Source: Xanthobacteraceae bacterium | Lineage (GTDB): Bacteria > Pseudomonadota > Alphaproteobacteria > Rhizobiales > Xanthobacteraceae | Direction of reading: 5' to 3' | Assembly: GCA_024508855.1 (NCBI GenBank) | Contig: JANINJ010000006.1 | Location: 38,301-102,300 of the forward strand | Length of the DNA: 64,000 bases | Shown: in pieces, positions 9,355 to 18,534 of the stretch | Layout of the letters: every line of letters begins with the position of its first letter | Numbering within the stretch: the stretch's first letter is position 1 | Made by a program: the position numbers and the translations under genes | Notes under the pieces: generated by a model | Databases searched by the model: none | Told to the model about the DNA's origin: nothing | Seen by the model: the letters and a program-made list of their open reading frames with translations, nothing else

Positions 9355-10043
9355 CAATTCGCCTGCGCTGCCGCCGCGTCGGCAAATACCTGCAATCGCA
9401 TCGGCGTGCAGCGGCCACCGTTGATCTGGCTGATATGATCTTCCGGGCAATTGGAGATGGCGACCAGGCAATCGGTCTCCGCACGCAGTTCGACATAGTC
9501 GCCCGGCTTGGAGACGGGTGCTTCGGCCACCCAGGAGTGGCTGGCGCAATCGTGGTGGTAGTTCATGAAGAAATCGATGGTATCCGGAATATCTTCGGGG
9601 CGAATCCCGTACGGCGCCACGATCCCGCTGATGATCTCGTGGCAACCGTCGATGCCGGACAAGCCGAAGCTTTCGTAGAAGCGCCGGTTGCACATGCGCT
9701 GATTGACCTTGTGAACGCCTTTTGGTTCCGGCGTTTCCTTGATGATCGTCATCAACGGGGTGTAGATGGTGGACATCAGCACGTCGCCTTCGGTGAGAAA
9801 GTCCTTGGACATGGCCACCGTCGGTTCGGGACGCCTCCCGCGCTTTGCGCTGTATTGCATCGCGTAACGCGTAGTGGAGTAGGATAGCGACAGTCGATCG
9901 CGATAGTTGTTGGCATTGAAGATCGCCACATCGACGACCTGCTGCCCTTCCAGATCCGTGATTCTGAGAACTTCACCGGTACGGACGATCAACGCTCGTC
10001 CGGTTTTCGGCGGCAGAACTTCATTCAACAATTCAGTGGCCAT
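9354..10043 (-). CDS. DUF1989 ('urea carboxylase-associated'/carboxyguanidine-deiminase-like) family protein
   Basis: ORF 9354..10049. The first ATG is at 10043 (MATELLNEVLPPKTG...); the track start at 10049 is TTG. Blocks LRITDLEGQQVVDVAIF and GDYVELRAETDCLVAISNCPED resemble DUF1989 proteins. The call is from memory. Confidence 0.65.
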   Translation of the reverse strand: MATELLNEVLPPKTGRALIVRTGEVLRITDLEGQQVVDVAIFNANNYRDRLSLSYSTTRYAMQYSAKRGRRPEPTVAMSKDFLTEGDVLMSTIYTPLMTIIKETPEPKGVHKVNQRMCNRRFYESFGLSGIDGCHEIISGIVAPYGIRPEDIPDTIDFFMNYHHDCASHSWVAEAPVSKPGDYVELRAETDCLVAISNCPEDHISQINGGRCTPMRLQVFADAAAAQAN

Positions 10044-10058
10044 GATCAACCGCCCATC

Positions 10059-11330
10059 TCACTTGGTCTGATGAGGCGTCTTGCCTTCGTACTTCGTGAT
10101 GATGTCACCGACCGGCTCCCAGTTTCCCTTGGCGTAGCGGACGACCTGCATCGACTCGACGTAGAATGGATCGGTCTTGCCGTCGACGCAGACCTTGACG
10201 CCAGGCACCACGCCGAGCACCGGCACGCCGCAAAGATGGCGGGCCGACTCCATGATCGCCGCGCGCGTCGGCGCCTTCGTTTTCTCCAGCACCGCGACCA
10301 TGGTCTGTGCCTGACCGAATCCGTACATCGTCATCGGATCGTCCAGATTGAGCCCGGTTGAACTGAACTTGGTGCCGATCTCGCGATAAGCCTTCATGTC
10401 TTTGGTCGCGGCATAATCGGACGTCGTCGGGTCCATCAGGCTGACCACCGAATAGACGCCCTCCGAGGCCTCGGCACCTGCCGGCTCCATCACGGTTTTC
10501 TTCGACGCACTGATGTTGGTGACGATCACCATCGGCCGCCACGACGTATCCTGAACCTTGCGAAGGGTCTGCGCGGTGAACTTGGGCACCGCGAATACCA
10601 GGAGAACATCGGCGTTCGTTGCTGCAAGGTTCGATACCTGCGAATCCACCGTCGGCGAGGTCACCTCGTAGGACTGCGCGTCGGCAACCGTAATGCCGCT
10701 GCCTTCGGCCGCATGCTTGAAGGCATTCAGCAATTCTTTGCCGAAGTCATCGTTCTGATAGAGGATCGCGACTTTTGCGTTGGGTTTCTTCGATTTCACG
10801 AACTCGGCGTAGATACTGCCTTCGGTCGTGTAAGAAGGCTGCCAGCCGACAGTCCACGGATATTTCTCCATGTCGGTGCTGAACGCGGACAAGCCGCTTC
10901 CAACCGAAAGCTGAGGGATGCCGCGCTTGTTGAGATAGTCGCGGATCGCAAGGCCGGTCGCACTGCCGAGCGGGCCGATGACCAACGCGACCTGGTCGCG
11001 TTCGACCAGGCGCCGCGCCTGCTCCACGGTACGCGGCGGCGAGTAGCCGTCGTCATAATAGACATAGGATATCTTGCGACGCTTGCCGTCGCCCATCATC
11101 ACACCGCCGTCGCGATCGTTGATGTATTTGAAATAAGCGTCCTGCATTGCGCAGATTGTGACAAAGGACGCGATCGGGCCCGTGCTCGGGCAGATACCGC
11201 CAATTTTCACTTCGGTGTCGGTGATGCCGGGCGTTGCTTTCTCGGCCGCCACAGCACCTGACGTCGCCATTGCAAAAACGGCGCCCGCGACGAGAGCCGA
11301 ATTGATCCAATTGAAGCACGTATTGCGCAT
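10059..11330 (-). CDS. Periplasmic substrate-binding protein, Peripla_BP_6 (LivK-like)
   Basis: ORF 10059..11423 trimmed to ATG 11330. MRNTCFNWINSALVAGAVFAMATSGAVAAEKA reads as a Sec signal peptide. It is followed by a type I binding-protein fold (CPSTGPIASFV..., VALVIGPLGSATG). Confidence 0.85.
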   Translation of the reverse strand: MRNTCFNWINSALVAGAVFAMATSGAVAAEKATPGITDTEVKIGGICPSTGPIASFVTICAMQDAYFKYINDRDGGVMMGDGKRRKISYVYYDDGYSPPRTVEQARRLVERDQVALVIGPLGSATGLAIRDYLNKRGIPQLSVGSGLSAFSTDMEKYPWTVGWQPSYTTEGSIYAEFVKSKKPNAKVAILYQNDDFGKELLNAFKHAAEGSGITVADAQSYEVTSPTVDSQVSNLAATNADVLLVFAVPKFTAQTLRKVQDTSWRPMVIVTNISASKKTVMEPAGAEASEGVYSVVSLMDPTTSDYAATKDMKAYREIGTKFSSTGLNLDDPMTMYGFGQAQTMVAVLEKTKAPTRAAIMESARHLCGVPVLGVVPGVKVCVDGKTDPFYVESMQVVRYAKGNWEPVGDIITKYEGKTPHQTK

Positions 11331-11473
11331 CTCAAACCTTCCCTTCCCCCGGCGGCCAAACCGCCTCATTCCCATTCCAAATCGATGACCATCGGCCGCA
11401 CGAAGCCGCTCTCGGACGAGCACCTGCTCGCCGGCTAATGGCGCTATCCTGAATTTGCTTACGTCAGCCGCAG

Positions 11474-11782
11474 CTAGGCGACCGGCCCTTTGCCTTGAAG
11501 TGATTCAACGAGCTTGTTCACGGCGACAGTCGCCCCCTTGCCGGCTTCGTTGCCGAAGATAAGCCGAGCGAACTGCCCGCCGAGATATGGATGAAGTCCG
11601 ATGTCGTAGAGCGCGAGAAAGTTGCGTGTTTCAATCGCGTGACGCTCGTCTTTCCGCAACAGATAGCGATCGAGCACTGTGGCTTCGTTCGCAGCGAATT
11701 CCTCGCGCAGTTCCGGCGACCACTTCAAATCCTGGATCAGATCGTGCGTTGCCAGCGACGGGTTGAACTTCTCAAGACCCAT
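11474..11782 (-). CDS. LigA-family small subunit of a class III extradiol ring-cleavage dioxygenase
   Basis: 102 aa. It has the LigA-like helical repeat FAANEATVLDRYLLRKDERHAIETRNFLALYDIGLHPYL and starts 14 nt after the LigB-like stop. Confidence 0.7.
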   Translation of the reverse strand: MGLEKFNPSLATHDLIQDLKWSPELREEFAANEATVLDRYLLRKDERHAIETRNFLALYDIGLHPYLGGQFARLIFGNEAGKGATVAVNKLVESLQGKGPVA

Positions 11783-11796
11783 AATCGTCTCCCGTA

Positions 11797-12675
11797 TCAG
11801 GCCGCGGCGCGCGACTTCGGCATGTTAGGGCTCATGTCCCACAGCACGCCACCGACGCCGCACTTGAAGTCCTTGTGAACCGTGTAACCAAAGCTCTTTC
11901 CAGGCTTCGAACCGATGGCGCCGAGCACGACGACCCATGAAAGCAGTTCTGCCGTCCCGCCGGAGCCAGCCGCTTCCATCTTCTCCAGTGTCAGTTCGTT
12001 CAGCAGTTTCTCGTGATCGCCGGACGCGACCAGATCGAGGAACCAGCGATCGAACTCTTCGTCGATGAAGTAATAGCGTGCACCACCGGGTTCATGGCTC
12101 AGGCCGCCAGAACCGAGCAACGCAACCCGCATATCGGCGGGAAGATCGTTGCGGATGAAGTCACCGAGCGCCTTGCCGACCTCGTAGCAACGGCGCTGAT
12201 CCGGGATCGGCGGAACAGTGCAGTTCTGCAGCACAGGCACCATTGGAATGCCGCTACCCGCGACATTGGTCAGCAACACGGGTACCGAGATATTGTCGTC
12301 GAATTTCAGATTTTCATTTTGCGCGAACATCCGGATGCCGCGCCGTGTCATGCCGTCAAACAGAGCCGCGGCAACTTCGGGCGATCCCTTCACGGTGTAG
12401 TCCTCGCAGCCGATCCACGGCTTGAACCATTCGTAAGGACCGCGGTGCTCTGCGGCCATTCCAATCAGAAAGTCGGGATAGGCGCGCACCTTGCTGTTTG
12501 CCAGATGATCGTTCGCGAACACGATCAATACATCCGCCTTTGCCGACGCCATCGCATCCGCGAGACTGCGATAGGTGCTGGTCACCACATCCTTCACATC
12601 GGCCGGCGCGGCTTCCAGCAGTCCGATCAAACCCGGCGCATGCGGCGCACCGGCGGCGTAAACGATCTCGGCCAT
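11797..12675 (-). CDS. LigB-family catalytic subunit of a class III extradiol ring-cleavage dioxygenase
   Basis: ORF 11797..12774 trimmed to ATG 12675 (MAEIVYAAGAPHAPGL...). The contexts of the LigB Fe(II) ligands and catalytic His are present: APHAP, FANDH, LGSGGLSHEPGG. Confidence 0.8.
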   Translation of the reverse strand: MAEIVYAAGAPHAPGLIGLLEAAPADVKDVVTSTYRSLADAMASAKADVLIVFANDHLANSKVRAYPDFLIGMAAEHRGPYEWFKPWIGCEDYTVKGSPEVAAALFDGMTRRGIRMFAQNENLKFDDNISVPVLLTNVAGSGIPMVPVLQNCTVPPIPDQRRCYEVGKALGDFIRNDLPADMRVALLGSGGLSHEPGGARYYFIDEEFDRWFLDLVASGDHEKLLNELTLEKMEAAGSGGTAELLSWVVVLGAIGSKPGKSFGYTVHKDFKCGVGGVLWDMSPNMPKSRAAA

Positions 12676-12724
12676 GGCGTTCTCCTTATCGATCCAAAGT
12701 TGTTCTATAATTCCAAACATGTCA

Positions 12725-12740
12725 AGATTTTCGAAAATCT
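12725..12740. promoter_or_regulatory. Perfect 16-bp palindrome, candidate operator in the divergent ligB-like/GntR promoter region
   Basis: AGATTTTCGAAAATCT is its own reverse complement. It sits in the visibly AT-rich 134-bp spacer between ATG 12675 (minus) and the start at 12810 (plus). Confidence 0.35.
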
Positions 12741-12809
12741 CTTTCTGCTTGGATTTTGGACAATGCTCGCTCATATTGGATGCAGATTCGCGACAAATAG
12801 GCGCAGCGT

Positions 12810-13565
12810 ATGAGGAATATGTCCAAGCAACCCGCGCACCGGTGGGGTCCCAGCCTGCATTCCTCGCGGGACGAAACGCCGAAAACGCTCGCAGGCCGGG
12901 TCGCGCAACAACTACGCCGCGATATCATCCGCCATCAGCTTACCCCGGGCGAACGGCTGCAATTCGAGAAACTGAGCAAGCGGTACGAAGTCGGTACCAG
13001 TCCATTGCGCGAGGCCCTGTTCCAGGTCGCAGCACAGGGACTGGTGATTGCCGAAGATCATAAAGGCTTCGTCGTTGCGCCGATTCATTTCGACGAGATG
13101 CTGGACGTTTCCAACCTGCGTGCAAATCTGGAAGCCTACGCAATCCGCGGCGCGATCCGCGACGGCCACGAGGATTGGGAAGTCGATCTGCTCTCAGCTT
13201 TTCATCGTCTCAAGCTTGCCGGCATCGCAGTGTCGGCCGATCAGGAGGACGAAGGCCGCCGCACCGAGTGGGAAGATCGCCATCGCGAATTCCACTACGC
13301 GCTGTGCAAGGGATGCGGCTCGCCCTGGCTGCTGCATTTCTTCGACGAACTGTACGACCACATGGAGCGCTACCGGCGCTACTTCTGGAAATATGCCGAG
13401 CGGGCTGTTGCCGCCGACGGCGAGCACGAGGCCATCATGAAGGCGGCGCTCGATCGCGATGAAGAGCGCGCAGTCAACCTTCTCCAGGCCCACTTCCAGA
13501 AGCAGGCACGCCTCACCATGAATTTGCGGAAGAAGGTCGAGCGCGCCACCGCTGCGGCCAGCTAA
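12810..13565 (+). CDS. GntR-family transcriptional regulator with FCD-type C-terminal domain
   Basis: 251 aa (alt ATG 12819). It has an N-terminal wHTH (LQFEKLSKRYEVGTSPLREALFQVAAQGLV) and an all-helical FadR/FCD-like C-domain. It is divergent from the catabolic operon. Confidence 0.85.
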   Translation: MRNMSKQPAHRWGPSLHSSRDETPKTLAGRVAQQLRRDIIRHQLTPGERLQFEKLSKRYEVGTSPLREALFQVAAQGLVIAEDHKGFVVAPIHFDEMLDVSNLRANLEAYAIRGAIRDGHEDWEVDLLSAFHRLKLAGIAVSADQEDEGRRTEWEDRHREFHYALCKGCGSPWLLHFFDELYDHMERYRRYFWKYAERAVAADGEHEAIMKAALDRDEERAVNLLQAHFQKQARLTMNLRKKVERATAAAS

Positions 13566-13617
13566 AACTTTCGCTCCCGATGGGATTGGAAGCGCGATTC
13601 TGCCACGGACACATCGA

Positions 13618-15117
13618 TTACTGCGCCCGGGGCTTGCGGTCCGTGTTCAGGGATGCCGTGTTCTGTGGATTCCATCCCCCGCCAAGCGCCTGAAACAGGC
13701 TGCTGGCGGCGAGCAGTTTCGTCAGCCGCACCTGGACCAGCGTATTTTCCGCGGTGAAGAGGGTTTGCTGGGCCTGCAGCACCGTGATGAGATTGACGGT
13801 GCCGCCGCGCAATTGCGTCTCTGCGACATCGAACGCCTTGCGGGAAGCCGCCACCACTTCGGCTTGCAGCCGTTCCTGCAGCGTATATTGCTGAAGTGCG
13901 ACAAGCGCCTTTTCGACATCCGCGAATGCCGAGAGAACGGCTTTGCGATAAGCCTGCAGATACTGCAGTTGCAGGCCCTTCGCCTGCTTCAGCTGGCTTT
14001 CCAGCAGAAAGCCATCGAAGATCGGCTGGGTCAGACCCGCGGCCAGCGTGTAGTACCAGGCACCGGGTCCGAACAGCGCGGCAAGCGCGGCGCTTTGGGA
14101 TCCGGTTTGACCCGTTAGCTGAATCTGCGGAAAAAACGCGGCGCGCGCCGACTCCACGCTAAAGTTAGAGGATGCAAGTTGCGCTTCGGCCTGACGGATA
14201 TCCGGCCGCTGATATAGCAATTCGGAAGGCAGGCCTGGCGTGACGCGTGGAACGGTGATCTGCGTCGTTGCTCCACCGGCTACATTGAAATTTGCCGGCG
14301 CCCGCGCAACCAGCACGGCGAGAGCCGCGATGTTCTGCCGCAAGGTCACTTCGAGCGGCGGAATCGCGGCCCGTTGAGTTGCGACCAGCGCTTCCTGTTG
14401 CGAAAGATCGAGCTGCGATGCGGTTCCGCCTGCGAATTGCTTCTTGATCAGGGTCAGGATGCGTTCCGCAGCCGCCAGATTTCGGCGAACGACGCGAAGC
14501 TGGTCCTGCGCCGCCAAGATCTGGAAGTAGGTATTGGCGACGGTCACGATGGAGGTAAGCGTTACGACGTCACGGTTATATCGGGCGACCGTCGCATTCT
14601 CTTCGGAAGCATAAAGCGTCGCGCGGTTCTTGCCCCAAAAGTCGATCATGTAGCTCGCAGTGAGACCCGCACTGTATTGCGAAAACTGGGTCGCAGGAGT
14701 TGCAGTGGTCCCGACGGTGGAAGCTGCATTCCGCACTCGTTCGGCGTTTGCCGTTCCGGTGACCGACGGCAACAGCGGTGCACCCGCGATACCCACCTGT
14801 GCATCTGCCTGGATGATTTGCGCATAGGCCACGGCGATATCCAGGTTGGACGTCTGTGCGGCTTCCATCAGCGACGTCAGTTCTTTCGAGCGGAATCCTC
14901 GCCACCAATCCAGGGACGGTACGGCAGCGTCGGGAGCGCGTGACGACGCTTCGCGATACTGAGCCGGAATCTGGAGATCGAGCTCGGGCCGCTCGCTGCC
15001 AAGGATACAGCCGGAGAGTGCAGGAGCGAGCAGCAGCACGGAAAGTATCGATGCCACGCGCTCCTTAACGCAACCCCGTGATGCAGCAGGAATGGACATC
15101 AATACCGCGCTGCGCAT
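13618..15117 (-). CDS. RND efflux outer-membrane factor lipoprotein (NodT/OprM family)
   Basis: ORF 13618..15255. The likely start is ATG 15117 or 15099, giving a signal peptide and lipobox (LLLAPALSG|C). It has duplicated OEP repeats and ends ...LFQALGGGW. Confidence 0.85.
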   Translation of the reverse strand: MRSAVLMSIPAASRGCVKERVASILSVLLLAPALSGCILGSERPELDLQIPAQYREASSRAPDAAVPSLDWWRGFRSKELTSLMEAAQTSNLDIAVAYAQIIQADAQVGIAGAPLLPSVTGTANAERVRNAASTVGTTATPATQFSQYSAGLTASYMIDFWGKNRATLYASEENATVARYNRDVVTLTSIVTVANTYFQILAAQDQLRVVRRNLAAAERILTLIKKQFAGGTASQLDLSQQEALVATQRAAIPPLEVTLRQNIAALAVLVARAPANFNVAGGATTQITVPRVTPGLPSELLYQRPDIRQAEAQLASSNFSVESARAAFFPQIQLTGQTGSQSAALAALFGPGAWYYTLAAGLTQPIFDGFLLESQLKQAKGLQLQYLQAYRKAVLSAFADVEKALVALQQYTLQERLQAEVVAASRKAFDVAETQLRGGTVNLITVLQAQQTLFTAENTLVQVRLTKLLAASSLFQALGGGWNPQNTASLNTDRKPRAQ

Positions 15118-15255
15118 CGGGACCTCAATCGAGTTATCGCCTCGATCGTGTTCCAGCTTTTCCGTATCCGCAAGAGAGTTGTCCCCTGTTCGAAGCGGAC
15201 AACGGCGGCGGCGTAACAATTCTTCGCTCGCGATACCCATCGGCCACATTCGCAC

Positions 15256-18200
15256 TTACTCACCGGGCTGCGGCGTGGGCGCAAGCGGCGCGGTTCCTCT
15301 CCCGCGCCGACACCAGAGCCGGAATCGATCGATGTAAAGATAGATAACGGGCGTCGTATAAAGCGTCAGCATCTGGCTGAGAATGAGGCCGCCGACGATG
15401 GCGATACCGAGCGGTCGCCGCAACTCGCTCCCCTCGCCCATACCGATTGCAAGGGGGAGCGCACCCAGCATGGCAGCCATGGTGGTCATCATGATCGGCC
15501 TGAAGCGAAGCAGGCTGGCTTCACGGATCGCGTCGAACGAGGAGAGACCGCGGGAGCGCTCGGCGTCGAGGGCGAAGTCGATCATCATGATGGCGTTCTT
15601 CTTCACGATGCCGATCAGCAGGATCACGCCAATGAGTGACATGATGCTGAACTCCGTGTTGAATGCCATCAGGGCCAGCAACGCCCCCACGCCTGCGGAC
15701 GGAAGCGTGGACAGAATCGTCAATGGATGAACGTAGCTTTCATAGAGAACGCCGAGGACGATGTAGATCGTAATCAGGGCCGCAAGAATGAGATAAGGTT
15801 GATTGCTGAGCGAGTCCTGAAACACTTTCGCGGTGCCCTGGAAGCTGCCGTGGACCGTGGCCGGAACACCCATGCGGTTCATCGTCGCCTCGATCGTGGC
15901 GACGGCTGTGCTGAGCGACACGTTTGGCGGGAGGTTGAAGGAAATGGTGTTCGCGACAAGCAACCCCTGATGGTTCACCGCCAGCGGCGTTGCACCTTGT
16001 TCGAAATGAGCAACCGCGGATAGCGGGATCATCGTCTCCTGACCGGTGCTTACCGCGGACCCCGTCGAGGACGCTCCTTTACCAGTTGCGCCAATCGAGT
16101 TGGTCGCGAGGTTGCGGGCAGCGTTCGCATTGGCCGAATTGGCCGAAGCCGATTTTCCCGCGGCGACCACCGTACCGGCGACGGCGTTGGTCGCCTGCGA
16201 GCCTCCAACGGATCCGCCAGAGGTGCTAATATAGACGTCCTTCAACGTTTCGGGATTTTGCCAGAAACGGGGGGCGACCTCCATGATCACATGATACTGA
16301 TTGCGGGCGACGTAGATGGTCGAGACCTGACGCTGGCCGAAGGCATCGTAAAGCGTGTTGTCGATCTGGCTGACCGTGATTCCCAGACGGGCTGCCGCGT
16401 CCCGATCGATCACAAGATTGGACTCAAGCCCCTTGTTCTGCTGGTCGCTGTTGACGTCGGCGAGGGTAGGTTCGCGTTGTAGCGCGGCCGCAATCTTTGG
16501 AGTCCACTCATTTAGTTCCTCCAGCGTGGGGCTCTGCAGCGTGTATTGATACTGTGCATTGCTGGCACGTCCTCCGGCCCGAATATCCTGGACTGCCTGG
16601 AGATAAAGTGTCGCGCCGGGGACAACGGCCAGCTCGCGCCGCAGGCGCGTGATCATCTGATCTGCCGACAGCTTCCGCTGGTCGAGAGGCTTCAACGAGA
16701 CGAACATGAAGCCGGAGTTGATCTGCCCGCCGCCCGTGAAACCAACAGCCGTTTCGACCGCAGGGTCCTTCTTGATAATCGAGACGAATTGCGTGAGCTT
16801 CTGCTGCATCAGTTGAAATGAAATGCTCTGATCCGCTTGGATGATGCCGATCAGCCGCCCGGTGTCCTGCTGCGGGAAGAAGCCTTTGGGGATTATGTCG
16901 TACAAGTAGAAATTGAGACCGAGGATCGCGAGTAGAACCATGATCACCGAACGGGGATGCCGCAGCGCAATGGTCAGCGTGCGCCGGTAGCCGTTCAGCA
17001 TCGCTTCAAAAACACGCTCGCTTGCCTGGTAGATTCGTCCATGGCCACGATCGGATTCCCTGCGAAGCAAGATCGCGCACATCATGGGCGTCGTCGCCAG
17101 CGAGATCACGAGCGAAATGACGATGGCGATGGAAATCGTCATGGCGAATTCGCGGAACAGCCGGCCGACAATACCCCCCATCAGCAGGATCGGAATGAAG
17201 ACGGCGATCAGCGACACACTCATCGACAAGACGGTGAAGCCGACTTCTTTGGCGCCGAGCAATGCGGCGTCGATACGTGACATGCCTGCTTCGAGGTGTC
17301 GCGTGACATTTTCAAGCACGACGATGGCGTCGTCCACCACAAATCCAGTGGCGACCGTCAATGCCATGAGGGAGAGGTTATCGAGGCTGTAGCCCATCAG
17401 ATACATGACGGCGAAGGTCGCGACCAGCGACACCGAGACCGCGACAACGGGAATCAGCGTCGCACGGCCATTCCGCAGAAAGGCAAAGACCACGACGACG
17501 ACGAGAAAAATGGCGATGAGCAGCGTGAATTCGACGTCGCGCAACGAGGATCGGATGGTCGTCGAGCGGTCCACGGCTACGTCGATGTCGATCGCGGGCG
17601 AGACCGAAGCCCGCAGTTGCGGCATCAGCGCGATCACGCGATCGACGATGCCGATGATGTTACCAGCGGGCTGTCGGTAAAGCACGATGAGGACGGCGGG
17701 CTTGCCGTTGGCGAGGCCGGCGTTGCGGAGGTTCTCGACCGAATCCGATACTTCGCCCGCATCGGAAAGCCGAACCGCCGCACCATTGCGGTAGGCAATG
17801 ATCAGCGATTTATACTGATCCGCCTTGTTTGCCTGATCGTTGGCATAGATCTGGTAACGCCGGTTCTCGACATCGATACCACCCTTCGGGCTGTGCGCAT
17901 TGGCGCTCGCGAGCGCAGCTCGAACGTCTTCGAGACCGATGCCATACTTGTAGAGCGCCTGTGGGATCAGTTCGACCCGCACGGCAGGCAGCGAGCTACC
18001 GCCCACGATGACTTCGCCAATCCCCTCGACCTGGGAAAGCTTTTGCGACAGCACCGTGGATGCGGCATCGTAGAGTTGGCCGCGCGTCAGCGTGTCCGAT
18101 GTCAGCGTCAGGACCATGATCGGAGCGTCGGCCGGATTGACCTTGCGGTAGGTCGGGTTCGCCCGCAGGCTGGTCGGCAAATCCGCGCGCGCGGCATTGA

Positions 18201-18534
18201 TGGCTGCCTGCACATCGCGCGCTGCGCCATTGATGTCGCGGCTCAATCCGAATTGCAGGGTAATGCGCGTCGACCCCACCGTGCTGGACGAGGTCATTTC
18301 GGTGACATCGGCGATCTGGCCGAGATGACGCTCGAGCGGGCTTGCGACCGTGGTCGCTACATCCTGCGGGCTACCGCCCGGCAAGGTCGCCTGAACCGAG
18401 ATAGTGGGGAAATCGACCTCCGGCAGCGGGGATACCGGAAGCTTGAAAAAGGCGACCGCCCCCACCGCCGCAAGCCCGAAGGTGAGAAGCGTCGTGGCGA
18501 CCGGCCGACGAATGAAGATGCTCGACGGACTCAC
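15256..18534 (-). CDS. mdtC: RND multidrug efflux permease, MdtC-like
   Basis: 1092 aa with a 12-TM ACR_tran architecture. It has a 4-nt overlap with the upstream RND gene. It carries a ~60-aa low-complexity insert (see findings). Confidence 0.9.
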   Translation of the reverse strand: MSPSSIFIRRPVATTLLTFGLAAVGAVAFFKLPVSPLPEVDFPTISVQATLPGGSPQDVATTVASPLERHLGQIADVTEMTSSSTVGSTRITLQFGLSRDINGAARDVQAAINAARADLPTSLRANPTYRKVNPADAPIMVLTLTSDTLTRGQLYDAASTVLSQKLSQVEGIGEVIVGGSSLPAVRVELIPQALYKYGIGLEDVRAALASANAHSPKGGIDVENRRYQIYANDQANKADQYKSLIIAYRNGAAVRLSDAGEVSDSVENLRNAGLANGKPAVLIVLYRQPAGNIIGIVDRVIALMPQLRASVSPAIDIDVAVDRSTTIRSSLRDVEFTLLIAIFLVVVVVFAFLRNGRATLIPVVAVSVSLVATFAVMYLMGYSLDNLSLMALTVATGFVVDDAIVVLENVTRHLEAGMSRIDAALLGAKEVGFTVLSMSVSLIAVFIPILLMGGIVGRLFREFAMTISIAIVISLVISLATTPMMCAILLRRESDRGHGRIYQASERVFEAMLNGYRRTLTIALRHPRSVIMVLLAILGLNFYLYDIIPKGFFPQQDTGRLIGIIQADQSISFQLMQQKLTQFVSIIKKDPAVETAVGFTGGGQINSGFMFVSLKPLDQRKLSADQMITRLRRELAVVPGATLYLQAVQDIRAGGRASNAQYQYTLQSPTLEELNEWTPKIAAALQREPTLADVNSDQQNKGLESNLVIDRDAAARLGITVSQIDNTLYDAFGQRQVSTIYVARNQYHVIMEVAPRFWQNPETLKDVYISTSGGSVGGSQATNAVAGTVVAAGKSASANSANANAARNLATNSIGATGKGASSTGSAVSTGQETMIPLSAVAHFEQGATPLAVNHQGLLVANTISFNLPPNVSLSTAVATIEATMNRMGVPATVHGSFQGTAKVFQDSLSNQPYLILAALITIYIVLGVLYESYVHPLTILSTLPSAGVGALLALMAFNTEFSIMSLIGVILLIGIVKKNAIMMIDFALDAERSRGLSSFDAIREASLLRFRPIMMTTMAAMLGALPLAIGMGEGSELRRPLGIAIVGGLILSQMLTLYTTPVIYLYIDRFRLWCRRGRGTAPLAPTPQPGE

